The notes beneath the pieces were generated by a model. That model was not told the origin of the DNA. It did not search any database and worked only from the letters and a program-made list of their open reading frames with translations. From the NCBI GenBank assembly GCA_005191425.1, contig SUPR01000013.1, positions 1 through 32,000 on the forward strand: a DNA stretch of 32,000 nucleotides. The letters run 5' to 3'. Position 1 is the stretch's first letter. Each line of letters begins with the position of its first letter. The position numbers and the translations under genes are program-made. Of this stretch, positions 1 to 8,228 are shown piece after piece. Source of the DNA: Candidatus Helarchaeota ASGARD archaeon Hel_GB_B (GTDB taxonomy: Archaea > Asgardarchaeota > Lokiarchaeia > Helarchaeales > HEL-GB-B).

Positions 1-891
1 GTACATAATACCCACACCCCCAGAAGTATAACCACCACCTGAACCGGGCCTCATCCAAGCAAAGATCACTGGATTACCATCTGTTCCTCCCCCTACACTG
101 GGCCACGAAGCGCCTAATCCTACTATATCTTCAGTATATAGCGATCCATTATCTTTACCTATACAAAGGACATAGGGATCACTAGGTGAATCACGCCCAT
201 AACTTATAGCATATGTTTCTCCACTATCAGTGACAATATCTTGCTTATCATAAGAATACGTTAGTGGTATATCATCTCCAATTAAAGGGAAAGAACTCCA
301 TACACGAACATCCCCAAATTTATAGTTGGCATTATAGTGCCAATTCGCTGTTACTCCATAGGTACCAATAGGATCTGCGGGATCTCCATCACAGTAATAA
401 CCATTAGAAATAATTAATCTATTCATCGAACCTCCGAATCTAGCACCACTTGTTATTGCATAGCTCCCATAATACTGCTCTTCGCCTTCAGCAGTATTTG
501 CAGTATGATTAAATGTAATAATTGAGCCATCTAGGTAATAAAAGTTAAACTCTAATTGCTTAGCTTCCTCCGTCCCCCATCCACCATTACGACTTATAAC
601 TAAAACATTATTTGATAGGAAACAACAGCCAGTTTCGCCACCACCAGATGTAAAGAGATCTGTTCGTATCCACTTTTCTCCGAGATGTGTTTCAACAACT
701 CCTGATGAAAAATTATAACCTCCTTTTTCTAATTTAACATCATTTGAAAGTTTTTTAATATTGAAAGTATGATTTCTGATATTATTATTTCCTATAATTA
801 TAAAAATATATGAAGAAATTAAAAATAGGATAAAAATTAATTGGAAAACTCTTAATGTCTTTTTATTAAAATCGAATTTTGTAAGAAACAT
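1..891 (-). CDS. Secreted or membrane-anchored protein, N-terminal 297 aa (runs off the left edge)
   Basis: Hand translation shows an open frame from ATG at 891 to base 1: MFLTKFDFNKKTLRVFQLIFILFLISSYIFIIIGNNN... It has a basic-then-hydrophobic signal or anchor, followed by a Gly/Ser/Tyr/Trp-rich, beta-type sequence. Absent from the ORF track because there is no stop in the window. Confidence 0.85.
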   Translation of the reverse strand, partial: MFLTKFDFNKKTLRVFQLIFILFLISSYIFIIIGNNNIRNHTFNIKKLSNDVKLEKGGYNFSSGVVETHLGEKWIRTDLFTSGGGETGCCFLSNNVLVISRNGGWGTEEAKQLEFNFYYLDGSIITFNHTANTAEGEEQYYGSYAITSGARFGGSMNRLIISNGYYCDGDPADPIGTYGVTANWHYNANYKFGDVRVWSSFPLIGDDIPLTYSYDKQDIVTDSGETYAISYGRDSPSDPYVLCIGKDNGSLYTEDIVGLGASWPSVGGGTDGNPVIFAWMRPGSGGGYTSGGVGIMY

Positions 892-1139
892 ATTATAATC
901 ACTAAAAATTTTTTTTATCAAGATAAGAGTTTAGAATTGTCTGTAGGATAACCTATCCTAGATTGTCGAATATTTGGATAAATATAAATATTTAAGTTTT
1001 TTGGATTCTATTCAAAAATTAATTTTTCATTTTCTTTTTTCAAGAGTATTTTTAGAATTCATAAAGATTTGTGAAGATTTTTCCCCAAGCTTCTTACATT
1101 AAATAGGCTTTTATATTATGAGCAATTGCACATAGAATT

Positions 1140-1600
1140 TCACCTTTTTTTCATGTCTGGATGTTTATAATGAATGCAATTGCCATCATAACAAAACATT
1201 TTTCTAAAAAAGCGTTTCACTTTCTTTCTTTTTCTATAAATCTTTGGGGAATATTTTGTTTGCACTTCAGGTCTAAATTTTCTTTTATATTTCCTTCCTT
1301 TATATAATTTTTGTTTAATTGGCAATTAAAGCCCACCTTTTTTATATATTTGGAGTTATATTCTATATTATGGTTTCTACATATGACTACTTCCATATTT
1401 TTAATAGACCTTATAGAACTTTTATGATTTTCAAGTAATGCCCTTATATCTCTCTGAATTTTATGTTCGGAACTAGAAATTTCACCTATCATATTAGTTA
1501 CAAGTTGAACTAAAACATTTATTTTATCATTTTTATGTCTAAGTCTGGGTTTGCAGATTATAAGTGCTTCATCAAATTCATTACATTGATAACTGATCTT
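1140..1600 (-). pseudogene. Decayed coding remnant, weak resemblance to an IS5-like DDE transposase
   Basis: About 130 stop-free codons without a good start, overlapping a second frame (LPIKQK...KIYRKRKKVKRFF) that resembles the Y-x2-R-x2-VE-x-F transposase motif with E changed to K. Family assignment is uncertain. Confidence 0.3.
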
Positions 1601-1639
1601 ATCGTTCTATTAGGAAGAATATCTTATCAAATGGTAAAA

Positions 1640-2012
1640 CGGTAAATATGGTTAAGACAAAATGCGCCTGGATCTGGTGAATAATCATGGCGTCAAGGTG
1701 GCCGCGCCAATGCGTAATAGCTATTCCTTTTCATCCACCAGTTCTTGGGGTCGACTTTTTCCCGTAAAAGGTACGACCCGTGCAAACAATCGCAATATGA
1801 AATAACTTTTTCCAGAACCCCCGTTGGAAATATCTGCGGTCTCCTTGAAAAATGGTCACATTGATTTTTTCTATGATCCATTAAACTTTTTCGAAAGAAA
1901 ATTTAGAAATGTGATACAGAAGGGTATCAACGTCCAACCCAAAGATCGTCGTCATATCAAGCATTTATGCCCCAGATTCCGCGGTTGTGGAAAATGTACT
2001 CAAAAATATTAA
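1640..2012. pseudogene. Higher-GC fragmented coding-like segment, unassigned
   Basis: Visibly more GC-rich than its flanks. Short ORFs on both strands are interrupted by stops, and no motif was recognised. Confidence 0.25.
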
Positions 2013-2424
2013 GAAATAAAAATACACAACAAAATTGCTCTCGGTAATGATAAATTACTCCCTATAATTTATGACTGGCTAATAACGAAATCTTCTTCCT
2101 TGTTTAAATGACTAAAAATTGACATTAAAACTTACATTAACATTTATACAATGAACAATCGTTCCATAAGCATATAAAAGTGGGACAAATTAAATAGAAT
2201 ATTCATCTGAGATATTTCAAGTTCGTCTGAAATCAAATTCTTATTTCATTTGCATGTTTTAAAAGATTTTTCAAGATTAATCTTAAGATAGAGTATATAA
2301 TTAACAGATTTTTCATTCAAAAAGTTTTTTTTAAAACAGTATATAATTAAAAAGGGTTAATGTTTGTGGAGTAAACATATAGATCTATATTTATCTAAAA
2401 ATTAATATTATTCAATGATTAATT

Positions 2425-2550
2425 ATGTCTAACGAAAAAGAAAATGAATATCATTTGAGGACCATCAAATCTAATAGAAAATTTGAAATTTTAGGAACAG
2501 AAAAAGGAAAAAATGCCTTAAAAATTATTATGGAAGGGATCGAAGATTAA
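2425..2550 (+). CDS. Possible 41-aa small protein
   Basis: ATG...TAA, MSNEKENEYHLRTIKSNRKFEILGTEKGKNALKIIMEGIED; protein-like composition only. Confidence 0.25.
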   Translation: MSNEKENEYHLRTIKSNRKFEILGTEKGKNALKIIMEGIED

Positions 2551-2952
2551 ATTAATTTGAAAATTAATGTTTTGGCTTAAAACCAACTTCTAAAATAATC
2601 TAAACTGCCATTCTTGATGTAATCCCAACTACATCTGAACATTTATCAATCATACATGAAGAAAAAGCTTCTTGAGACTCATTTCGATCCTATAAATTAT
2701 ATGTATTCCCAAATAGCGATTTCTGCATGTCATTACATCCACATGATTGATATATTAATATATATTCATCACATCTTTTATTTGAAAATATGATGGGTTG
2801 CAAAACTTGGCATAGACGCCAATTTATATTGGGAGCTCTAAGCTCAATCGGACGATCCGGCTGCTAAGTTTTCATAGTTTATTTTAGAGGATATGTGCCA
2901 GCAGAAGCCCATTCCTAAATAATTTTTATGATAATCACAGCCCATCACTCTT

Positions 2953-3030
2953 AATTTAAATTTGTGATAAAAAAAGATTTCTATTAGAAATGAATTTTTC
3001 CCAAAAATTTGTTAAGCGTTTATTTTAAAA
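2953..3030. repeat. ~78-bp intergenic repeat, copy 1 (copy 2 at 26448-26526)
   Basis: aatttaaatttgtgataaaaaaagatttctattagaaatgaatttttcccaaaaatttgttaagcgtttattttaaaa; differs from copy 2 by 4 substitutions and 1 indel; central palindrome atttcta-t-tagaaat. Confidence 0.9.
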
Positions 3031-3053
3031 TAAAAAATAAATTGTTATTATAT

Positions 3054-3413
3054 TTATAAATTTACTTTATCATCTGGAATATATGGACATTTAATAAAGA
3101 CCATCTTTACTGGTTCATCATTTTCATTTATCATATAGTGAGTTTCTTTTGGTTCGACTCTAAAAGCATCACCAGGTCTTGTTGTATAGGTCTTGTCGTT
3201 TATTTCTATTTTACAAGATCCGCTTAAAAAATAAAAGGTTTCTTCTACTTCATTATGATAATGTTTTTTTAGAACTTCTCCTTTGGCAAGTACTAATATT
3301 CCCCAGTCTATTTTTGGTCCTCTAAAGATATATTTTACTCCAGATTCACGCCCATCTCTAAATTCACATTCAAACTCATTTTTTAAGTCCATTTTTATCA
3401 CCATTTTTAACAA
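3054..3413 (-). CDS. Cupin-domain protein
   Basis: Cupin motifs HYHNEVEETFYFLSG and GDAFRVEPKETHYMIN. True start may be a downstream ATG. Confidence 0.9.
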   Translation of the reverse strand: MLKMVIKMDLKNEFECEFRDGRESGVKYIFRGPKIDWGILVLAKGEVLKKHYHNEVEETFYFLSGSCKIEINDKTYTTRPGDAFRVEPKETHYMINENDEPVKMVFIKCPYIPDDKVNL

Positions 3414-3462
3414 TTAAACCTATATATTCTTTAAATGATTTATTTAATATTACATTTAAATT

Positions 3463-4620
3463 GTGGTGCTAATGAGTGAAAATGATTTAATAAGGAGATT
3501 TAATTTTTTAAGTCCTAAAATCATTTTTGGTAATGATACTTTAAATGAATTAGGTAAAATTACCAGTGAAATGGGGACTAGAGCATTAATAGTATCTGGT
3601 CAGCATGCAATGCAGAAGTATGGGATATTAAATCGTATTATAAAAGATCTAGAGACTTACAATATTGAAACATTTGTATTTAACCAAGTAGAACCAGAAG
3701 TGAGTTGTGACACAGTAGATTTAGGTAAAAAGTTCGCAAATGAAAACAATATTGATATCATAATTGGTATAGGTGGTGGTTCTGCACTTGATTGTGGCAA
3801 AGCGATTGCAATTATGATGACTCATGAAGGAGAAACCTGGGAATACCAAGATAATAAGAAAATATCTCACCCTGGGACTCCTTATATTGCAATTCCTACT
3901 ACAGCAGGAACAGGTTCTGAAGTGACTAAAAATGCGGTATTGATCAATAGGTCAACCAACTGGAAAGCAAGTATAAGACACCCATCGATGACTCCTAAGG
4001 TCGCCATTATAGATCCAAAACTAACCTTAACTTTACCTCCAAATATTACTGCTTATACTGGAATGGACGCGTTAACTCAAGCAATTGAGGCATATGTTTC
4101 ATTAAAATCCAATCCTCTTTCTGATGTATTAGCAGAAAAGGCTATCTCATTGATAGCATCAAATCTTGAGAATGCTGTTAAAAACGGCGAAAATTTGGAA
4201 TATAGAGAAAAAATGGCATTAGGTAGTTTAATTAGTGCTTTAGCATTTTCTAACTCTGGATTAGGCGGTGTCCATGGAATCGCTCATCCAATAGGTGCAG
4301 ACTTTAAAATCCCACATGGTAAATTGTGTGCAATTTTACTTCCTTTATTGATGGAATACAATAGAGATTATAACAAATCAAAATTTATGATTATATCTAA
4401 ATTGTTAAATCCAAAATCAAAATCAATAATTGATGGAATTGATTTCATCTATAGGCTAAATCAGTCAATAAACATACCAAAAACTCTAAAAGATTATAAT
4501 ATTTCACCTGAAGAGTTTAAATTATCCATCAATAAAGCTAGAGGTGGTAGCTTTAACGCAAATCCTAGACCAATAGACAAAGAGGAATTGGTAGAATTCT
4601 TAATCTCCAGATTATTTTGA
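3463..4620 (+). CDS. Iron-containing alcohol dehydrogenase (group III)
   Basis: GIGGGSALDCGK, IPTTAGTGSEVT, GMDALTQAIE, GGVHGIAH, IPHG motifs. Confidence 0.95.
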   Translation: MVLMSENDLIRRFNFLSPKIIFGNDTLNELGKITSEMGTRALIVSGQHAMQKYGILNRIIKDLETYNIETFVFNQVEPEVSCDTVDLGKKFANENNIDIIIGIGGGSALDCGKAIAIMMTHEGETWEYQDNKKISHPGTPYIAIPTTAGTGSEVTKNAVLINRSTNWKASIRHPSMTPKVAIIDPKLTLTLPPNITAYTGMDALTQAIEAYVSLKSNPLSDVLAEKAISLIASNLENAVKNGENLEYREKMALGSLISALAFSNSGLGGVHGIAHPIGADFKIPHGKLCAILLPLLMEYNRDYNKSKFMIISKLLNPKSKSIIDGIDFIYRLNQSINIPKTLKDYNISPEEFKLSINKARGGSFNANPRPIDKEELVEFLISRLF

Positions 4621-4771
4621 TTTACTTACCCTAAATGCGTTAAAATAATAAAATTAAAGTATAGTCAATTTATTTTTAACCGGATTTTCTTGTAAAATCA
4701 AAATAAATCTACTTGATTTTTTTAATTTATTAAATTCAAATTGTTTAAATAAAACTTTATCTTAAATTCGA

Positions 4772-5329
4772 ATGGGTAGTAAATTGAAAGACGATGATTT
4801 TTTAGATATGCGGAAATTTGTAGATGATATATCTATTAATATGGATGATTATATCAAAATAAATTTTTTAACGCCTTATCAATTAAAAATTAAAAGCGAT
4901 GCAATATTTGAAGAATTACCATTATTTAAGAACACATCAAGTCCCAGATCTTATGATTGGAGCAAAAGGGTTGATGAAGAATTAGAAATTTTTGAGATTT
5001 TAAAACAAAAATATAGATATTCGGTTGGATATTTAGTATTTGATGATTTAAAGAAAAGACTCGGCAATGATAGAGTCTGGGAAACTAACTTTTATTTTTC
5101 TAGGGATTCTAGACCGTTAAAATTAGAAATAAGATTGTCTTTAATGTACCCAAGGCAAATTCCTTTAGTTAGTCGCTCAACTGGTGATTATCATGTCACG
5201 CTTACAGACAAATGTTTCGGATTACTTGAGCGACGTTGGCGTTCTGATGGAAAATATGGACTACCTCATTTTTGTACTATGATTGGTTATTATTATGCAC
5301 TAGAAAAAATGAGTAGAATTATTGATTAA
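4772..5329 (+). CDS. E2/UBC-like protein A
   Basis: Helix-1 motif KRVDEELE, then LEIRLSLMYPRQIP, and C148 in KCFGLLERRW matching the E2 pattern YP..P...C...L...W. No HPN motif. Paralogous to 8229-8762 and 7341-8171. Confidence 0.75.
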   Translation: MGSKLKDDDFLDMRKFVDDISINMDDYIKINFLTPYQLKIKSDAIFEELPLFKNTSSPRSYDWSKRVDEELEIFEILKQKYRYSVGYLVFDDLKKRLGNDRVWETNFYFSRDSRPLKLEIRLSLMYPRQIPLVSRSTGDYHVTLTDKCFGLLERRWRSDGKYGLPHFCTMIGYYYALEKMSRIID

Positions 5330-5351
5330 TTAATAATAAGGGATATATATC

Positions 5352-6413
5352 TTGAAAAATAAGAAATTTTGGTCATCTAAAAAAAATATTGATAGAATTC
5401 AAGATAATTATGATGATTTGGATTATGAAGAAAAACCATTAGTCACTCATATTATACTTCCAACTAAATTATGGCTGAAAGCACTTGAAGAAGGGCGTAA
5501 AACTTCAAATGAAGTTGGTTTTTTTATCATTGGGTTATTTAAAGGTAAAATTTGTTATGTTTATAACTTAATTGAGTTTGATTATATTGAACAATCAGGC
5601 GCTTTTATAGAATCTGGCGTCAAACGATTAGCAAGAATAAGGGCTGGGCTCCCTGTTGGGCTAAAAATTGTAGGTAATATGCATAAACACCCTGGATTTC
5701 TTGGATACAGCGGTACTGATAAAAGAGATTATTTAAAATATGGTGCCATGTCATCTCAAAATGCTTTTTTAATTTATATAGTTGAACCTTATGATGGAAT
5801 TGCAGGTTATACTGCAACAGAATCTAAAATTCATAAAATTGAAGTTGATATCAGAGATTTAGACCCTGATGAAATGTTGATTGAAAAAAATATTTCACTT
5901 CAAGTCAATTTTCCAATGGTAGTTCAAAAATCTGATTATATAAAAAGTATAAGGTTTAAATTAATTGACCAATTAAGTTCTGAAATATTGAAAAACTTTT
6001 CTCGAGGTAATCTAGTCGATAATGATGATTTTATACTCCCCGGTATGCTTACTGGAGCTGAAATTAGTGATAATTTAAAATTAAATCCAAAAATCCCTTT
6101 GTTTATTAAAAATATTGGAATAAATAAAGAAATGATTTTTCGGATTTTTATGGAACCTGAGAATACTTTAAATGATTTAAAAGAAATATTACTTGATATG
6201 ACTAAAATAAGCGATTATGATATTTCAAAAATTCAATTTTATGAAAATAATAAATTAGTCCCTAGTTATACTAAAATATCCAAAATTAACTCTGTTTTAG
6301 ATTGGAAAATCGAGTTATTACCTTTAAAAAAATTCAAATTAACATCTTTTAAGGATTTATTTGATATTATTATTAATTACTATATCTCTATAATTTATAA
6401 ATGGGTTGATTAA
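5352..6413 (+). CDS. JAB/MPN+ (JAMM) metalloprotease with C-terminal ubiquitin-like domain
   Basis: E54 (NEVG) and H111-K-H113-x6-S120-x2-D123. Residues ~248-324 align by eye with ubiquitin. TTG start. Confidence 0.85.
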   Translation: MKNKKFWSSKKNIDRIQDNYDDLDYEEKPLVTHIILPTKLWLKALEEGRKTSNEVGFFIIGLFKGKICYVYNLIEFDYIEQSGAFIESGVKRLARIRAGLPVGLKIVGNMHKHPGFLGYSGTDKRDYLKYGAMSSQNAFLIYIVEPYDGIAGYTATESKIHKIEVDIRDLDPDEMLIEKNISLQVNFPMVVQKSDYIKSIRFKLIDQLSSEILKNFSRGNLVDNDDFILPGMLTGAEISDNLKLNPKIPLFIKNIGINKEMIFRIFMEPENTLNDLKEILLDMTKISDYDISKIQFYENNKLVPSYTKISKINSVLDWKIELLPLKKFKLTSFKDLFDIIINYYISIIYKWVD

Positions 6414-7235
6414 ATGTTATTACCTATTGAAGAACGCGAAGAACTTGCACTTAATATGCCTAAAATATTTTCTCGAGTAATTTTTGCGGGTTATGATATA
6501 AGAAAATTTCTAAATACTACTGTATTCATTGCAGGTGCAGGTGGACTTGGAAGAATAGTTGCCGACATTTTAAATCGTTCTGGATTTGGTAAATTTATAA
6601 TAGTAGACAAAGATATTATAGAAGAGGAGAATTTAAATAGGATGAACCATAGTGAAGAAGATATAGGAAAAAATAAAGCCGAATCTCTCGCCAACTTCCT
6701 TGAACGTACCAGAAACCTTCCTAATATTGATAAAAAATTTTATGTCAAAACAGAATGGTATCAAGCAAATGTCATTGCGTGGGAAAAATTAGAAGAGATG
6801 ATTAAAAAATCGGACATTATTTTCACATGTTTCGATAATGAAGCTGCAAGAATTGAAGTGAATTTATTTGCTGTCCTTGAAAAAAAAATCCTTATAGATG
6901 GTGGAACTTCTGAAAATGCACTTAGGGGCATAATTAATAATGTAATTCCTGGTAAAACTCCTTGTTTAGAGTGTTATTATAGTCCAAACACTTTAATTGA
7001 CATTCAATCCGATGATCCAAAATTGCTTATTCCAAAAATTCCATGTGGGGCAAGTTTAGCAACAACAATGAATATAACTGGTAGCATTCAAGCTGACCAA
7101 GGAATAAAACTAATATTAAATGAGCCAATCCATTCACAAATTAGATTTTCATTAGAAAGAGAAATATCATTACAATATTTTGATTTTGATCCTAGACCAA
7201 ATTGTGAAGCATGTGGGAATCTAAATAATAAATAA
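6414..7235 (+). CDS. ThiF/MoeB-type E1-like activating enzyme
   Basis: GAGGLG, DKD..EENLNR, K in GKNKAE, D in TCFDN, two CxxC Zn pairs (PCLEC, NCEAC), putative catalytic Cys in KIPCGAS. ATG directly follows the JAB stop codon. Confidence 0.92.
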   Translation: MLLPIEEREELALNMPKIFSRVIFAGYDIRKFLNTTVFIAGAGGLGRIVADILNRSGFGKFIIVDKDIIEEENLNRMNHSEEDIGKNKAESLANFLERTRNLPNIDKKFYVKTEWYQANVIAWEKLEEMIKKSDIIFTCFDNEAARIEVNLFAVLEKKILIDGGTSENALRGIINNVIPGKTPCLECYYSPNTLIDIQSDDPKLLIPKIPCGASLATTMNITGSIQADQGIKLILNEPIHSQIRFSLEREISLQYFDFDPRPNCEACGNLNNK

Positions 7236-7340
7236 ATTTTTTATTTGTTTACCTTCAAATATCTATATTTTTTTATAAGTACCGTATTTTTAATTTGATT
7301 AGAAAAATGAGCAATTTCTTATAAATTAAATTACTTTAAA

Positions 7341-8171
7341 TTAATAAAAATGAATATTAATGGCTCTGGGCTTGGCTAAATTTATTTCTATCTGCGTGGA
7401 ATTTGCTATTGAAGTATAATAACCAAGTAATTGTATAAAATGCGCGATTCCCATTCTTCCATCAGACCTCCATCTGTTTTTCAAAATTCCAAAACATGCA
7501 TTTTTGTGTTCTCCGGCTGGACTAAACCATTTCCCAAAATAATATCCATCAGCTACTGGCATTACAAATGGATAATGTAGACTTAATCTAAGGTCGAATA
7601 CAACTCCATGAAATGAGCATTTAAATATTCTATCACTATTTGCCTGTTTATATATACTAAAACTGGAAAATTCTTCGCGTAATTTATATAAATAATTCAA
7701 TTTATTATATTCCTCTTGGAGTCTGTCCAACCAGTTTGGTGATGTCGGTTTTGCAACTATATTAAATAATGGAATTTCTCTTGAAATCAAATTATGATTT
7801 AATGATTTCTGAGGCTCTTTTTTTATTTTGGTTAATTTTCCAAGTAATAAATCTATTTTTAACCCAATTTCGTCCAAAATTTTAATAAAATATAAAAGTA
7901 TTCCCAACTTTTGTTGCGTCCTAAGAATTACTATACTATTCATAGATGTTTTAAAGAGCATTACTCCTGAAACATTTTGAATATAATAATAATCACCAAT
8001 TGCAAATGACAAACCTCTCTTATTAATAAAGTTAGAGAGAGCTGTCAAAAATTTTCCAAAACTTATATCTGAATATTTAATATTGCCTTGAACATCAGAA
8101 ATTACAACCTCTACATTAGTCCAAGGTGCCATTACAGACTTTATTTCGGTCGCAATATCTGAAAAATTCAT
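7341..8171 (-). CDS. Roadblock/LC7-like N-terminal domain fused to E2/UBC-like domain C
   Basis: Residues 1-112 show an alpha-beta-beta-alpha-beta-beta-beta-alpha pattern (VVISDVQGNIKYS ... LGILL). The C-terminal half has DRLQEE, LRLSLHYPFVMP and NACFGILKNRW...GIAHF. Confidence 0.7.
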   Translation of the reverse strand: MNFSDIATEIKSVMAPWTNVEVVISDVQGNIKYSDISFGKFLTALSNFINKRGLSFAIGDYYYIQNVSGVMLFKTSMNSIVILRTQQKLGILLYFIKILDEIGLKIDLLLGKLTKIKKEPQKSLNHNLISREIPLFNIVAKPTSPNWLDRLQEEYNKLNYLYKLREEFSSFSIYKQANSDRIFKCSFHGVVFDLRLSLHYPFVMPVADGYYFGKWFSPAGEHKNACFGILKNRWRSDGRMGIAHFIQLLGYYTSIANSTQIEINLAKPRAINIHFY

Positions 8172-8228
8172 ATTTTTTAACCCAAATTTGTAATTTTTAA
8201 AAATTTAACACATCTCAAAAATATGTAT

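Noticed and set aside
2580-2945. Stop-codon readthrough (pyrrolysine) to rescue the Cys-rich broken ORF
   Set aside because: Joining the pieces needs frameshifts, and TAG serves as the normal stop in E2B, scpA and ecfA in this window.
7236-7340. Hidden small ubiquitin gene between or beside the E1 and E2 genes
   Set aside because: The intergenic gaps in the cluster are too short, and I saw no small ORF ending in Gly-Gly.
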